Assembly: GCF_004010195.1 (NCBI RefSeq)
Contig: NC_057719.1
Span: 38,178,097-38,242,096 of the forward strand
Reading direction: 5' to 3'
From: Chiloscyllium plagiosum
Lineage: Eukaryota
DNA: 64,000 bases
Part shown: positions 51,400-62,970 of the stretch, in pieces
How positions within the stretch are numbered: position 1 is the stretch's first letter
Layout of the letters: the number at the start of each line of letters is the position of its first letter
Notes under the pieces: model-generated
Told to the model about the DNA's origin: nothing
What the model saw: the letters and a program-made list of their open reading frames with translations, nothing else
Database searches by the model: none
Made by a program: the position numbers and the translations under genes

Positions 51400-53830
51400 A
51401 AATCTGTCTCAGCTTTGAATATACTTAATGATCCAGCCTAAACAGCTGTCTGCGGTAAGGAAAGTCACAGATTCATTAATCTCTGAGAGAAGAATCTCTG
51501 TCTCAAATGGGCAGCCCCTGATTCTGAGATTATGTCCTCTGGTCTGAGACTCTCCCATGGGAGACGACCATTCAGCACACTGTCAGACTATCTACGTATC
51601 TTATTTTCAATAACACTGCCTTCCATTCTTATTAACTTCACTGGGTGCAAGACCAACCTACTCAACCTCTCCTCATAAGGCAGTCCCTCCATACCCAAAA
51701 TCAGCTGAGAAAATTGTGAATGCATGGAATGCCTTGCCAGCTGTGGTGGTGGAAGCGAAGTCATTGGGAACATTTAAGCGACTGCTGGACATGCACATGG
51801 ATAGCAGTGAGTTGAGGGGTGCGTAGGTTAAGTTACTATATTTTACATTAGGATTAAGTCTCAGCACAACATCGTGGGCCTAAGGGCCTGTTCTGTGCTG
51901 TACTTTTCTATGTTCTATGAACTTTTCCTGGATTGCCTCCAATGTCAGTGTATCTTTCCTTAGATAAGGGCTCCAAAATTGTTCACACTATTCCAGTTCT
52001 GAACTCACTTCATATAGTTTTACCAAAACCTCCCTGTTTTTATATTCTATTCCCTTTGAAATAAAGGTCAGCATTCCCTTTGCCTTCCCTATTACTTGCT
52101 GCCATGTATACTAGATTTTTGTGATTCATGCGGGGGGCTCCAAAATCCCTCTGCACTGCAACTTTCTGCTGTCTTTCTCCATTTAAAAAAATATTCAGCT
52201 GCTTCACCCTTTTTATGTGGAAACTCCCATTTTTCCACAATATTCATTCTGCCAAATTTTTGCCCACTTTCTTAACCTGTTTATATTCTTCTGTAGACCC
52301 TTTATCATCCGCACCACTTACCTTCCCATTTGTCTTTTGTCATTGTTTACAAACATGGCTATCCCTGTGGAACTCCACTATTAGAGTTTCTTTTTATCTG
52401 TCCTTAACAAAGAAAGGATGTTCTGGTGATGAAGAGAATGCAACAAAGATTTACCAGACTGATTTCTGAAATGGCATTCTTAAATGACTGGCTGAAGAGA
52501 GATTGGAAACTGGACTTTAAATGAGCAAAGGTCTCATAGAAAGCTTTAGAATTCAAGTTAGACTCAAAGGGGTGATGACCAGGAAGTCCTGAACCAGGGT
52601 CCATAGTCTAAGGAAACAGGATAGGCCATTTAGGACTAAGATGAGGAGAACTTTCTTCCCCCAGAGAGTGGCAAACCAGTGGAATTCTCTGCCACAGAAA
52701 GTAAGTCAAAACATTGAATGTTTTCAAAAAGGAGTTGATCTAGCTCTTAGGGAGTAAACTGTATGGGGAAAAAGCAGGAGGAGGGTACTGAGTTGGGTGA
52801 TCAGCCACAATCATACTGAATGATGGAGCAGCCTTTGAAGAGCCTATTCTGCTCCTATTTTCCATGTTTCCATTATGACTCGTGCATCCACTATCTCAAC
52901 TCATCATGTCCAGGGTACCTACCAGTCTTTCACCCCATTAGTTACCCTACTACTTGTTCTCTTATGACATTTATTTTCATTGAATTCTTCTGCCCCTTGT
53001 TGTTTGAGATTATTTAATACTATTGGAATGCTATTAGTGGATTCTACCATGAAGACTTATGCAAAATATTTATTTAAGTGCTCTACCATTTCCTGCTTCC
53101 CCATTATTACTTCCTGAGCCTCTCGGAGGCAAATTCTCATTTTAGCATCTCTTTATTTTTGTGTTTAAAGAAGCTATTTCTGCCCATTTTTATACTATTG
53201 CTAGTTTACCCGCTAAGTTTATTTTCGCTATCTTTACTTTTTTTTGGTTCAGATTTTGTCACCTTTTTATCAAACTTGCCAAATCCTCTGACTTGCCACT
53301 AATTATTGTCATATTTTGTACTTTATTTTATTGTTAACTTCCTTGATAAATAATTTTCTTATACCCACATGTGATTCTCCTAGAGCAGAATCCTTGCTCA
53401 TGGGGATATTTCTTTGAGTCATGAACTATTTTCAAAAATTTCAGTTATTATTTGTTAACTGTCTTTTCTGATAAACTCTTTTCCCAGTCCACTCCAGCCA
53501 ACTCTTTTTTTCATTCCTTTGTACTTACCCTTAAAGTTTAACACAGTTGTTTCTGACTAAAATTTCTTGCTGGATACTCTGTCATGTCGTGCAGGGGATC
53601 TTTTACTTCCAGATAATTTATTAAACTTGCCTCATTACACATCACCAGATCCAAAATAGCTTTGTTCCTGGTTGGATCCACATAATATCATTGTAGTAAA
53701 CTGTCCCAAATACACTCCGTTTGAATTTTCCCAATCCACATGAAGATTAAAGTTACCCATGATTAATATACTTTAACGTGTCTGTAATTACCCTCATTAT
53801 CTCCTTTATTTATTCTCTGTTCTACTATTC
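51400..53830. mobile_element. Cluster of CR1 fragments in both orientations
   Basis: GMEGLPYEERLSRL motif; + strand 3' ends at 51710-51920 and 52380-52870. Confidence 0.7.
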
Positions 53831-53835
53831 TGGCT

Positions 53836-54905
53836 GGAGGCAATTGCCTAGTGGTATTATTGTTGGACTGTTACTCCAGAGACACAGGTAATGTTCGGGG
53901 GACCTTGCTTCAAATCCTGCCACAGCAGATAGTCATAGAGCTGTGTAGCTTGGAAACAGAGCCTTTGGTCCAACTTGTCCATGCTGACCAGCTATCCTAA
54001 CATAATCTAATCCCATTTGGCCCATATCCCTCTATTCATGCACCTATCCAGAGGCCTTTTAAATGTTTTAATTGTACCAGCCTCGACCACTTCCTCTGGC
54101 AGCTCATTCCACACACGCACCAGACTCTGCATGAATAGGTTGCCCCTTAGGTCCCCTTTAAATCTTTCCCCTCTCACCTTAAACCTATGCCTGCTGGTTT
54201 TGGACTCCCCTAACCAGTTTACCCTGGGAAATCAACCTTGTCTATTTACCCTATCCATGCCCCTCATGATTTTATAAACCTCTATAAGGTCTCCCCTCAG
54301 CCTCCGACGCTCCAGGGAAAACAGCCCCAGCCTGTTCAGCCTCTCCCTGTAGCTCAAATCCTCCAACCCTGGCAACAATTTTGTAAATCTTTTCTGAACC
54401 CTTTCAAGTTTCACATAATTCTTCCTATAGCAGGGAGACCAGAACTGCATGCAGTATTTCAATAGTGGCCTAACCAATGCCCCATACAGCTGCAACATGA
54501 CCTCCCAACTGCCATACTCAAAGAACAGATAAAAAAAGGCAAGTATACCAAACACCTTCTTCACTACCCTGTCTATCTTTGACTCTACTTCAAGGAACTG
54601 TGAATCTCCACTCCAAGGTCTCTTTGTTCAGCAACACTCCCTAGGACCTTACCATTAAGTGTATAAGTCCTGATGATGAAATTTGAATTCAATAAAAATC
54701 TGGAATTAGAGTCTAATGATGACAATGAATACGTTGTCATTTCTCAGATAAAAATCCATCTAGTTCACTGATGCTCTTCAGGGAGGGAAACAGCTATACT
54801 TACCTGGTCTGGTCTACATGTGACTCCAGATCCATAGCAGTGTGGTTGACACTTAACTGCCCTCTGAGCAATTCGAGATGAGCGATTAAAAGCTTGTGTA
54901 AATGA
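53836..54905 (+). mobile_element. tRNA-derived SINE split by a young CR1 3' fragment (-, 53931-54670)
   Basis: SINE head (CCTAGTGGTATT..TTCAAATCCTGCCAC) and core resume around the CR1 (LVRPLLKYCMQFWSP..). Confidence 0.85.
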
Positions 54906-57284
54906 GTAAGCAAAACTCCTAGTTATTTCTTACCTCCTCTGCTTGATCCAATCCAAGATTATTTCTTGCTAATTCACTCTTGTACTAACAGAGCCACCCT
55001 ACTTACTAACTGCACCTGCAGGCTAACCGTTTGTTTCATATAAAAGCACACCCATTTTGGAGTTGGTCATCATTTAAATAATCATCTGCCTGTTGATTCT
55101 ACCTAACAAAGTGCATAACTTCATACTTGCCTAAATTAAACTTGATCTGCCAAGTTTTTCCCTCTCTCAATTATCTATATTCCTTTGCAGATTACTTTAG
55201 CCCTTATCACCACATGCCCTACCATCACTCCTTGTATCATCCATAAATTTTGATACATTGATCCATCTTCCATATCATTAATATAAGTAAGTAATAAGAG
55301 AGGTCCTTGTGGTCCTCCAAAGGTTATGTCTTTCCAACCTGAAAAAGACCAATGAATCTATCTTCTGTGTATCAACCAATCCTCAATCCATGCTAATACA
55401 ATACCCCCAACACACCCTATCTTGTGCATAAACGCTTTATGTGGCATCTTATCACGTGCATTCTACATTTAATAGTTCCCATTTATGAACTCTGCTTATT
55501 ATATCCTCAAAAAATTCTAGCAAATTGGCCAAATGTGATTTCCTGTTCATTAAAATATGTTGACTCTGTTGGATTGTCTTAAGCTTTTCTAAATGTTCTA
55601 CTATTTCTTCCTTAATAATGGATTCTATCATTATCTCGATGACAGATGTTCAGCTAACTAGCCTATCATTTCCCGTTTTCTGTCTCATTCCCTCCTTAAA
55701 CAAGGATTCAAATTTGTAATTTTTCATTCCACTGTAACCCTCATGGAATCCTGAGAGTTATGGAATATTTCAGCCAATGCCCACACCATCTCTGCACCCA
55801 CTTCTATTAAAACACTTGGATGCAAGTCATTGAGTCCTGTTGACCTGTCTGCCTTCAGGTTCATTAGTTTGTTAAATACTTTGTCCCTTGTGACTGTTAC
55901 AGGATTTTAACTAATATCTTTGGAATGTTTATAGTGTCCTCCATCATTGAGGATGCAAATATTTGTTTAAGTTACTTGCCTGCTCTACAGTGTGAATTCC
56001 CCAGTTCTCCAAAGGTCCGATACTTACTTCAGCTGCACTCTTTATATTTCTTTAGAACTATATGCTGTTTGTTTTTATATTTCTTGCCAGTTTGCTTTCA
56101 TAATCAATTTTCTCTAGACTTTTAGTCATTCACAGTTTGTTTTAAAAGAAAGTCCCAATCCTTTGGCTTACCACAAGTCTTTGCTGCTTGTATGCCTTAG
56201 TTTTGTATCTGATAGTCTTCTTAATTGCCTTTGTTAACTGTAGATAGTTTATCCTTCTCATCAACTTCTTTTTGACTAGAATAGTTTTTTTTACTGAGCA
56301 TTATAAAATATTTGTTTAAATGGCTGCTGCTATTCGTCTGCTGACATTCTGTTTAGTCTATTTCCCAGCTCACTTTAGACCATGCATTCTTCATACCTCT
56401 GCAATCGCCCTTATTTTGATTGAGGACACTGGTTTGAGAACCAAGGTACTCTCCCTCTTTCTTCTCTCATATTGAGATTGCCAACTCATTGAAGTTTTAA
56501 CTTCTCGAACTTTTATTAATCTTGCCTCATTCCACATTACTGAATCTAAAATAGCCTGTACCCAGGTATGTTATACAACGTACTGTTTGAGAACAATCCC
56601 TATGCACTCTACAAATTCCATATCAATTTAGCCCATCTGATTTGCCCAGTCAGTATTATGCATGACAATTGTGGTGACTTTCTTACATGCTTCCATTATT
56701 TCCCAATTTATACTTTCTTTAGTGAGGCTACTCTTCAGGGCCTATAGATGACTCCTACCCAAGACTTCTTACCCTTATTATTCCTTATTTCTCCCAAGTT
56801 GGTTCCACATCATGCTCTATGGCATCTCTATCACTATTCACTACTGCATTGACACTGTCCTTTATTATCCAAGTGACCCCACCTCCCTTTCCACTTTGCC
56901 TACTTTTCCAAAATGTCAAATACCTTTAAATGTTGAGTTCCCAGTACTGGTCACCATGCAACCATGTCTCTGTAATAGCTATCAAGTCAAATTCATTTAT
57001 GTCTATTTTTGCCAACAACTAATCTTTCTTAAGACAAATGCTGACTGTATTCAGAGCTTTGACTTTTTAATCGTTATGGAGAAAGTGAGGTCTGCAGATG
57101 CTGGAGATCAGAGATGGAAATGTGTTGCTGGAAAAGCGCAGCAGGTCAGGCAGCATCTAGGGAACAGGAGAATCGACGTTTCGGGCATTAGCCCTTCTTC
57201 AGGAATGAGGAAAGTTGGTCCAGCAGGCTAAGATAAAAGATAGGGAGGAGGGACTTGGGGGAGGGGCGTCGGAAATGTGATAGG

Positions 57285-58247
57285 NNNNNNNNNNNNNNNN
57301 NNNNNNNNNNNNNNNNNNNNNNNNNNNNNNNNNNNNNNNNNNNNNNNNNNNNNNNNNNNNNNNNNNNNNNNNNNNNNNNNNNNNNNNNNNNNNNNNNNNN
57401 NNNNNNNNNNNNNNNNNNNNNNNNNNNNNNNNNNNNNNNNNNNNNNNNNNNNNNNNNNNNNNNNNNNNNNNNNNNNNNNNNNNNNNNNNNNNNNNNNNNN
57501 NNNNNNNNNNNNNNNNNNNNNNNNNNNNNNNNNNNNNNNNNNNNNNNNNNNNNNNNNNNNNNNNNNNNNNNNNNNNNNNNNNNNNNNNNNNNNNNNNNNN
57601 NNNNNNNNNNNNNNNNNNNNNNNNNNNNNNNNNNNNNNNNNNNNNNNNNNNNNNNNNNNNNNNNNNNNNNNNNNNNNNNNNNNNNNNNNNNNNNNNNNNN
57701 NNNNNNNNNNNNNNNNNNNNNNNNNNNNNNNNNNNNNNNNNNNNNNNNNNNNNNNNNNNNNNNNNNNNNNNNNNNNNNNNNNNNNNNNNNNNNNNNNNNN
57801 NNNNNNNNNNNNNNNNNNNNNNNNNNNNNNNNNNNNNNNNNNNNNNNNNNNNNNNNNNNNNNNNNNNNNNNNNNNNNNNNNNNNNNNNNNNNNNNNNNNN
57901 NNNNNNNNNNNNNNNNNNNNNNNNNNNNNNNNNNNNNNNNNNNNNNNNNNNNNNNNNNNNNNNNNNNNNNNNNNNNNNNNNNNNNNNNNNNNNNNNNNNN
58001 NNNNNNNNNNNNNNNNNNNNNNNNNNNNNNNNNNNNNNNNNNNNNNNNNNNNNNNNNNNNNNNNNNNNNNNNNNNNNNNNNNNNNNNNNNNNNNNNNNNN
58101 NNNNNNNNNNNNNNNNNNNNNNNNNNNNNNNNNNNNNNNNNNNNNNNNNNNNNNNNNNNNNNNNNNNNNNNNNNNNNNNNNNNNNNNNNNNNNNNNNNNN
58201 NNNNNNNNNNNNNNNNNNNNNNNNNNNNNNNNNNNNNNNNNNNNNNN
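57285..58247. other. Assembly gap (963 N)
   Basis: Run of N. Confidence 1.
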
Positions 58248-58372
58248 AGGGAACAGGAGAATCGACGTTTCGGGCATTAGCCCTTCTTCAGGAATGAGGA
58301 AAGTTGGTCCAGCAGGCTAAGATAAAAGATAGGGAATATGGAATATCTTAGCCTGCTGGACCAACTTTCCTC

Positions 58373-58408
58373 ATTCCTGAAGAAGGGCTAATGCCCGAAA
58401 CGTCGATT
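58373..58408 (+). ncRNA. Minimal type I hammerhead ribozyme motif
   Basis: attc-CTGAAGA-A-GGGC taat GCCC-GAAAC-GTC-gatt; intact core, palindromic ACGT stem III, weak stem I. Confidence 0.65.
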
Positions 58409-59906
58409 CTCCTGTTCCCTAGATGCTGCCTGACCTGCGCTTTTCCAGCAACACATTTCCATTTTTAATCGTTATGACTTATTCTGGTTCTAATTTCAGC
58501 TGGATTCGTCCGATGTGTTTTACCCCTTCCTGTCATACTTTAGTTATTGTTCAGTTCTTCATTAACCTGCACCCCTGCTCGCTTGATTTGTTTTATTATT
58601 TTTCATCAGCTCTTCAGTTGAACCATCCTCCAACCACTACTTATTTTAAAGCCCAATCTACAACCCTAGTGAGATATGATTTACAAGGAATCTGGCCCCA
58701 ACATGGTTCAAATGAAGCCTTTTCCAACAGAACACCTTTCTCTTTCCCAAGTACCAGTGTTTGTGCCCCATGAATCACAGCTGACTTCTCCCACACCAAT
58801 CTTTGAGCTGTATGTCAATTTTAGATTGACATTAGATTAGAGTAGTAAGTATTCAGCTCAAAGATTGGTTCAGACAGTAATACTGAGATTATAAACTGTG
58901 GTTCTGTTTTTTTAATTTAGTCTCAAAATGCTCATAATCCCTCAGTAGAATATCCTTCCTAGCCCTCCCTACCACAACAACTCGATCCTTCCCCTTCTAG
59001 GCTAGGTTTCTCTGTACCCCGGAACAGATGTGCTGAATGTTGGCACATTGACACATCACAGTCTTTAGCACTCTCTGATTTTATTGCACACAACAAATCT
59101 ATTGCCCTAACTATGCTATCCCCATTATTATTACATTTCCCTTTCCTCTCACTACTCTCTGTACTTTGGTGCCTTGATCACTCCACCTGATGAAGGAGCA
59201 GCACTCTGGCAGTTTGTTAATTCAAAAAAGCCAATTGGTTTATAACCTGGTGTCATGTGACTTCTGACTTTGGTATGTTTGGTTATCATCTCTGCAGCTG
59301 TGCCCATGGCCACACTAGGAGCATGATTTTCATGTTGACTGGACAAGGACACTGACTGGAGCTCCTCCAAAGCCAAATTCTGGATCCCAATACCTGTCTC
59401 ACAGTCACACCCTCCTGTCCCTGACCACGGACTAAATTAGATGTAATTAATCCAAGGGGCATGACTGTAAAGTGAAGCACAGTGACCATGTAACTCCTCT
59501 CTTTCCTGAAGTGTCAGACTGTCCAGAGCTTGGACTCCATCTCATCAAACTTGAGCTGAGAGTCCTCAAACAGAAGCCAATATTTGCTGCAGATGTTGTC
59601 ACTGTGGATTGTACTGAGCAACTCCACATATTACAACAACAACACATCACCTCTCCAGTCATGTCTAATCAATTTCATAGATTGTTTTGAATGCTAAATA
59701 TTTTAAAAGTACTCCAGCTATAAAAACATCTCCTGATTTAAGCCAATCAAACAGACATGGAAGAAAAATGCATCAAACATATACCTTTTTTCCTATGATG
59801 TTACATTTTGGCCCTGACAGTTAGAAACAGGATAATGGGGTTTACTTTTAACCACCTGTCACCACTACCCTTCTCATGAAGGTCTCTTCTCCCAGCCTAC
59901 TTCATG

Positions 59907-60039
59907 TCTCCCAGTCTGCCTCATGGTGAAGCTGACCCACTGCAATCTCTCCCAGTCTGCCTCACGGTGAGGCTGACCCACTGCACCGTCTCCCAGTCTG
60001 CCTCACGGTGAGGATGACCCACTGCACAGTCTCAGTCTG
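59907..60039. repeat. Tandem repeat, three 41-nt units plus a partial unit
   Basis: tctcccagtctgcctca(t/c)ggtga(a/g)g(c/a)tgacccactgca starting at 59907, 59948, 59989, partial at 60030. Confidence 0.95.
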
Positions 60040-60289
60040 ACATTTTTGACAGTTTTACCAGATTTGGTAATGTTAACACCCTGAACTTTTTAAAAGATGT
60101 AGTTATTGCTCATAAAATCATTTTATTAGTTTGGACATAACATCCAGGGAATTATCATTGTTACTAAGTAGACATTCAATGAAAAAGTGCAGATAAAATG
60201 GAGTATAGAAAAGAACAGATTGGGAGAATGGTGTATTTTTAATTTATACAATTAGGTCTCTTTTGTATTCCTTTAATGGAACACAACCT

Positions 60290-60605
60290 GGAATGGCTCA
60301 GTGTTTAGCACTACTGCCTCACAGCACCAGGGGGCCTGGGTTCGATTCCAGCCTTGGGTATCTGCGTGGAGTTTACACATTCTCCCCATGTCTGTGTGGG
60401 TTTCCTCCCGCAGTCCAAAGACGTGCAGGTTAGGTAGATTGGTCATGCTAAGTTGCCCGGTAATGTCGAGGGATATGCAGACTAGGTGGGTAAGCCATGG
60501 GAAATAAGTGGTTACGTACATAAGGTTAGGGTCTTGGACTGGGTGGCGGGTTGATATAGATTTGATGGGTTGAATGGCTTCTTTCTACACTTTATGGGTT
60601 CTATG
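60290..60605 (+). mobile_element. HE1/V-SINE-like SINE
   Basis: TGGCTCAGTGTTTAGCAC..GGGTTCGATTCC head, V-like core, CR1-like tail. Confidence 0.85.
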
Positions 60606-61030
60606 GAGCTCTCCACTAAAGTAATTAATGTTGATGCCAAGGTGCAGAATTTTAAAAGACAAATATTAATTCTGTTAGAACTAAATAGCAAATATGCCCA
60701 TCTGTTTTCCAAATGATTAAAGATGTTAGTAAAGGATGCAGAAATAAGGGATAAACAATATAATAAGACTACAGAAGTGATGGGTGTGAGATTTGTAAGA
60801 AACACTGAAGGACACCATCATGGTCTACAGTAAATCTGTCCTTAGCAAGAGATTTCAATGAAGTACTGATTATGATTTTAAAGGTAGATGTGGAAATCAG
60901 GTTTAGTCAGTTGACAATAAGACTAATATAAGAACATAATTGTGGACAATGCATGTATATAAACAAATAGGGATTGAATTTTAATTATGTAATGGGAGGA
61001 ATTTGCTAATGTTGATTTAGAAATATATAT

Positions 61031-61247
61031 GCTGAAAATGTGTTGCTGGAAAAGCGCAGCAGGTCAGACAGCATCCAAGGAGCAGGAGAATCGACGTTTC
61101 GGGCATAAGCCCTTCTTCATTCCTGAAGAAGGGCTTATGCCCGAAACGTCGATTCTCCTGTTCCTTGGATGCTGCCTGACCTGCTGCGCTTTTCCAGCAA
61201 CACATTTTCAGCTCTGATCTCCAGTTTCTGCAGTCCTCACTTTCTCC
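61031..61247. mobile_element. Young palindromic Penelope-type mini-element
   Basis: 89-nt inverted arms 61031-61119 / 61124-61212 (2 mismatches, 4-nt loop); 14-nt TSD ttagaaatatatat at 61017-61030 and 61248-61261. Confidence 0.9.
61119..61154 (+). ncRNA. Minimal type I hammerhead ribozyme motif
   Basis: attc-CTGAAGA(61123-61129)-A-GGGC ttat GCCC-GAAAC-GTC(61148-61150)-gatt. Confidence 0.65.
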
Positions 61248-62624
61248 TTAGAAATATATATACCAATATGAACATAATAGTTGTGAATGATTGGGAAGTC
61301 GAGGAGGCTACAAACAAATTAGAAAACAAACTCATGAAAGCTGCCAAATAGCAAGTGTTACAAGTCTGGAAAGAATTTGGAGGGTACACAGTTGCCAGAT
61401 AGGGGACAATCATTTTTATCATTTCCACGGATATGCACAAAAACAGTCAGTTGCTGGGACATATAAAGCTAAAGCAAGGCTAGTGTCATGAAGGGTTGAA
61501 GAAAAACTAGGTGATTAAGATATAATAGATTCATCTATGGCTGAAAATCACTTTTGAAGATGACTTTTTCTTGGCTTTGTTCACAACAAACACTTGGTAC
61601 TACTTATTATTAAAGCAGCACAAAGGGACATTTTATTCACTTTCTAAAATAGTAGCAAACATACTGTGGATACTCTAGAAGTTAAAGAAATGCATATCCA
61701 GCCCAGCTGGTACAGTTGGAGTTTGGTATTTCTCACTCACTCCATGTAAATTTGGGCCACCTCCATTTGAAAACAAACCCTGCCATATTTTCCAAGCACC
61801 TTCAGAGACTGTTTTTAGGAGCCTTTTTAATAAAGATGGATGATTTTTGCAGGGTGGGAGCAGTGAATTTGAAATCATTGTCTTAAATAGATTTGAAACA
61901 GAATTCAAAATTGGAAGTCAGGCCTTTGGATCTTCCAAGTAGATTAGATAAGAATTCTGGCAGAAGGAATTGAATGTCGTCTTGCATTAGCAAACTTATT
62001 TGGAAAATGTTAACCTCACTGCAGTTAGTCAAAATAGGACCTTACAAAAGATGCAATGGCTTCCCAAACTGAAATGAAGAATTGTGAATGCTATTGACAG
62101 AGCACCCCAAATGGGCCACTTTTTGAGGTCTTAGAATTGAGTACAACTGTGAAAAATCCCAAAGTGAAAGATATTATTTGGGTGAATGAAACATTGAAAA
62201 AAAATTAAACATGGAGTATTGTATTTTAAAATTTCTATTATCAAGAGATGTCATGGACATGAAGCCTATTGCTTTTTATGATACTACTTATTCAAGTCTC
62301 TGAGGGGTTTTCACACACACTGGTTTTAGGAGAGAGAGAGGGTAAATGTTGTCATTTAGGTTGGAAAGACAGTAAGAACAAAAGAGTGGTAAAACTACCT
62401 TAGCAGCAGAAATTTTCACTTTTAAGACAGTGAATTCAGTATTACCCAGATAATAACTCACTGGTATAATATACATTTGACAAGATATGTGAATGAACAA
62501 AAGATTGAGGATAATGTTTGCATTTTTAAAATAGATGCTGAACAATGAAAAAAAAATCAATTTTGAAGTTGGCAGATAGAACTATCTGATCAGAAATACT
62601 GGAAAAGTCTAATTTGGATTTTTC

Positions 62625-62970
62625 AAATTAATTCAGGAGATGTGACGACCTTGGCTGGATCAGCATTTATTACCCATTTATGATGGCCCAGAGAGCAGTT
62701 AAGAGTTAACCATATTACTGGGGATCTGAAGTCACACATAGGCCACACCAGGGAAGGACAGCAGTTTCTTTCTCTAAAGGATATTAGTGAACCAAAGGTT
62801 CTTTTTTGACATTTTGGCAACCATTTTATGGTCATCATTAGACTCTTAATTCCAGGTTTCACCAGCTATTTTCAGTACTAAGAAGGGTCATATTGGACTC
62901 AAAACATTAACTCTGCTTTTTCTCCACAGATGCTGACAGACTTGCTGAGTTTCTCCCACATTTTCCAACT
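62625..62970. mobile_element. SINE 3' half (-, 62625-62860) followed by an old Penelope-type repeat (+, 62875-62970)
   Basis: Shared SINE core; gaagggtcat..caaaacattaactctgc..cagatgctg.cagacttgctgagtttc. Confidence 0.65.

Larger units (their letters stand above)
57079..58461. mobile_element. Young Penelope-type insertion with direct and inverted terminal repeats spanning the assembly gap
   Basis: 15-nt TSD tttttaatcgttatg at 57064-57078 and 58462-58476; three hammerhead-containing repeat copies. Confidence 0.85.
55090..60040 (-). mobile_element. Old near-full-length CR1 (RT, endonuclease, ORF1 zinc-finger start, 5' UTR) interrupted by a Penelope insertion
   Basis: Decayed ORF2 similarity over 55.1-57.06 kb; ORF1-like VMCCCCNMW.. 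and NICSK..QLKFDEMESKL near 59520-59660. Confidence 0.6.
60620..62620 (+). mobile_element. Decayed Ty1/copia pol (RT-RNase H) remnant
   Basis: Ordered frameshifted motifs WKEFGGY, PDRGQ, YKAKARLV, IKAA, WYFS, MDDF..GGSSEFE..FKIG, FEVLELST, TLAAE, KRLRI. The 5' boundary is uncertain. Confidence 0.7.

Noticed and set aside
57228..58320. Three ~345-aa ORFs in the track
   Set aside because: Artefacts of translating the N gap.
59907..60039. CRISPR-like array
   Set aside because: Head-to-tail units with no unique spacers, in eukaryotic DNA.
61017..61217. Overlapping mirror ORFs MCCWKSAAGQ.. on both strands
   Set aside because: A by-product of the palindromic repeat; no protein-like features.
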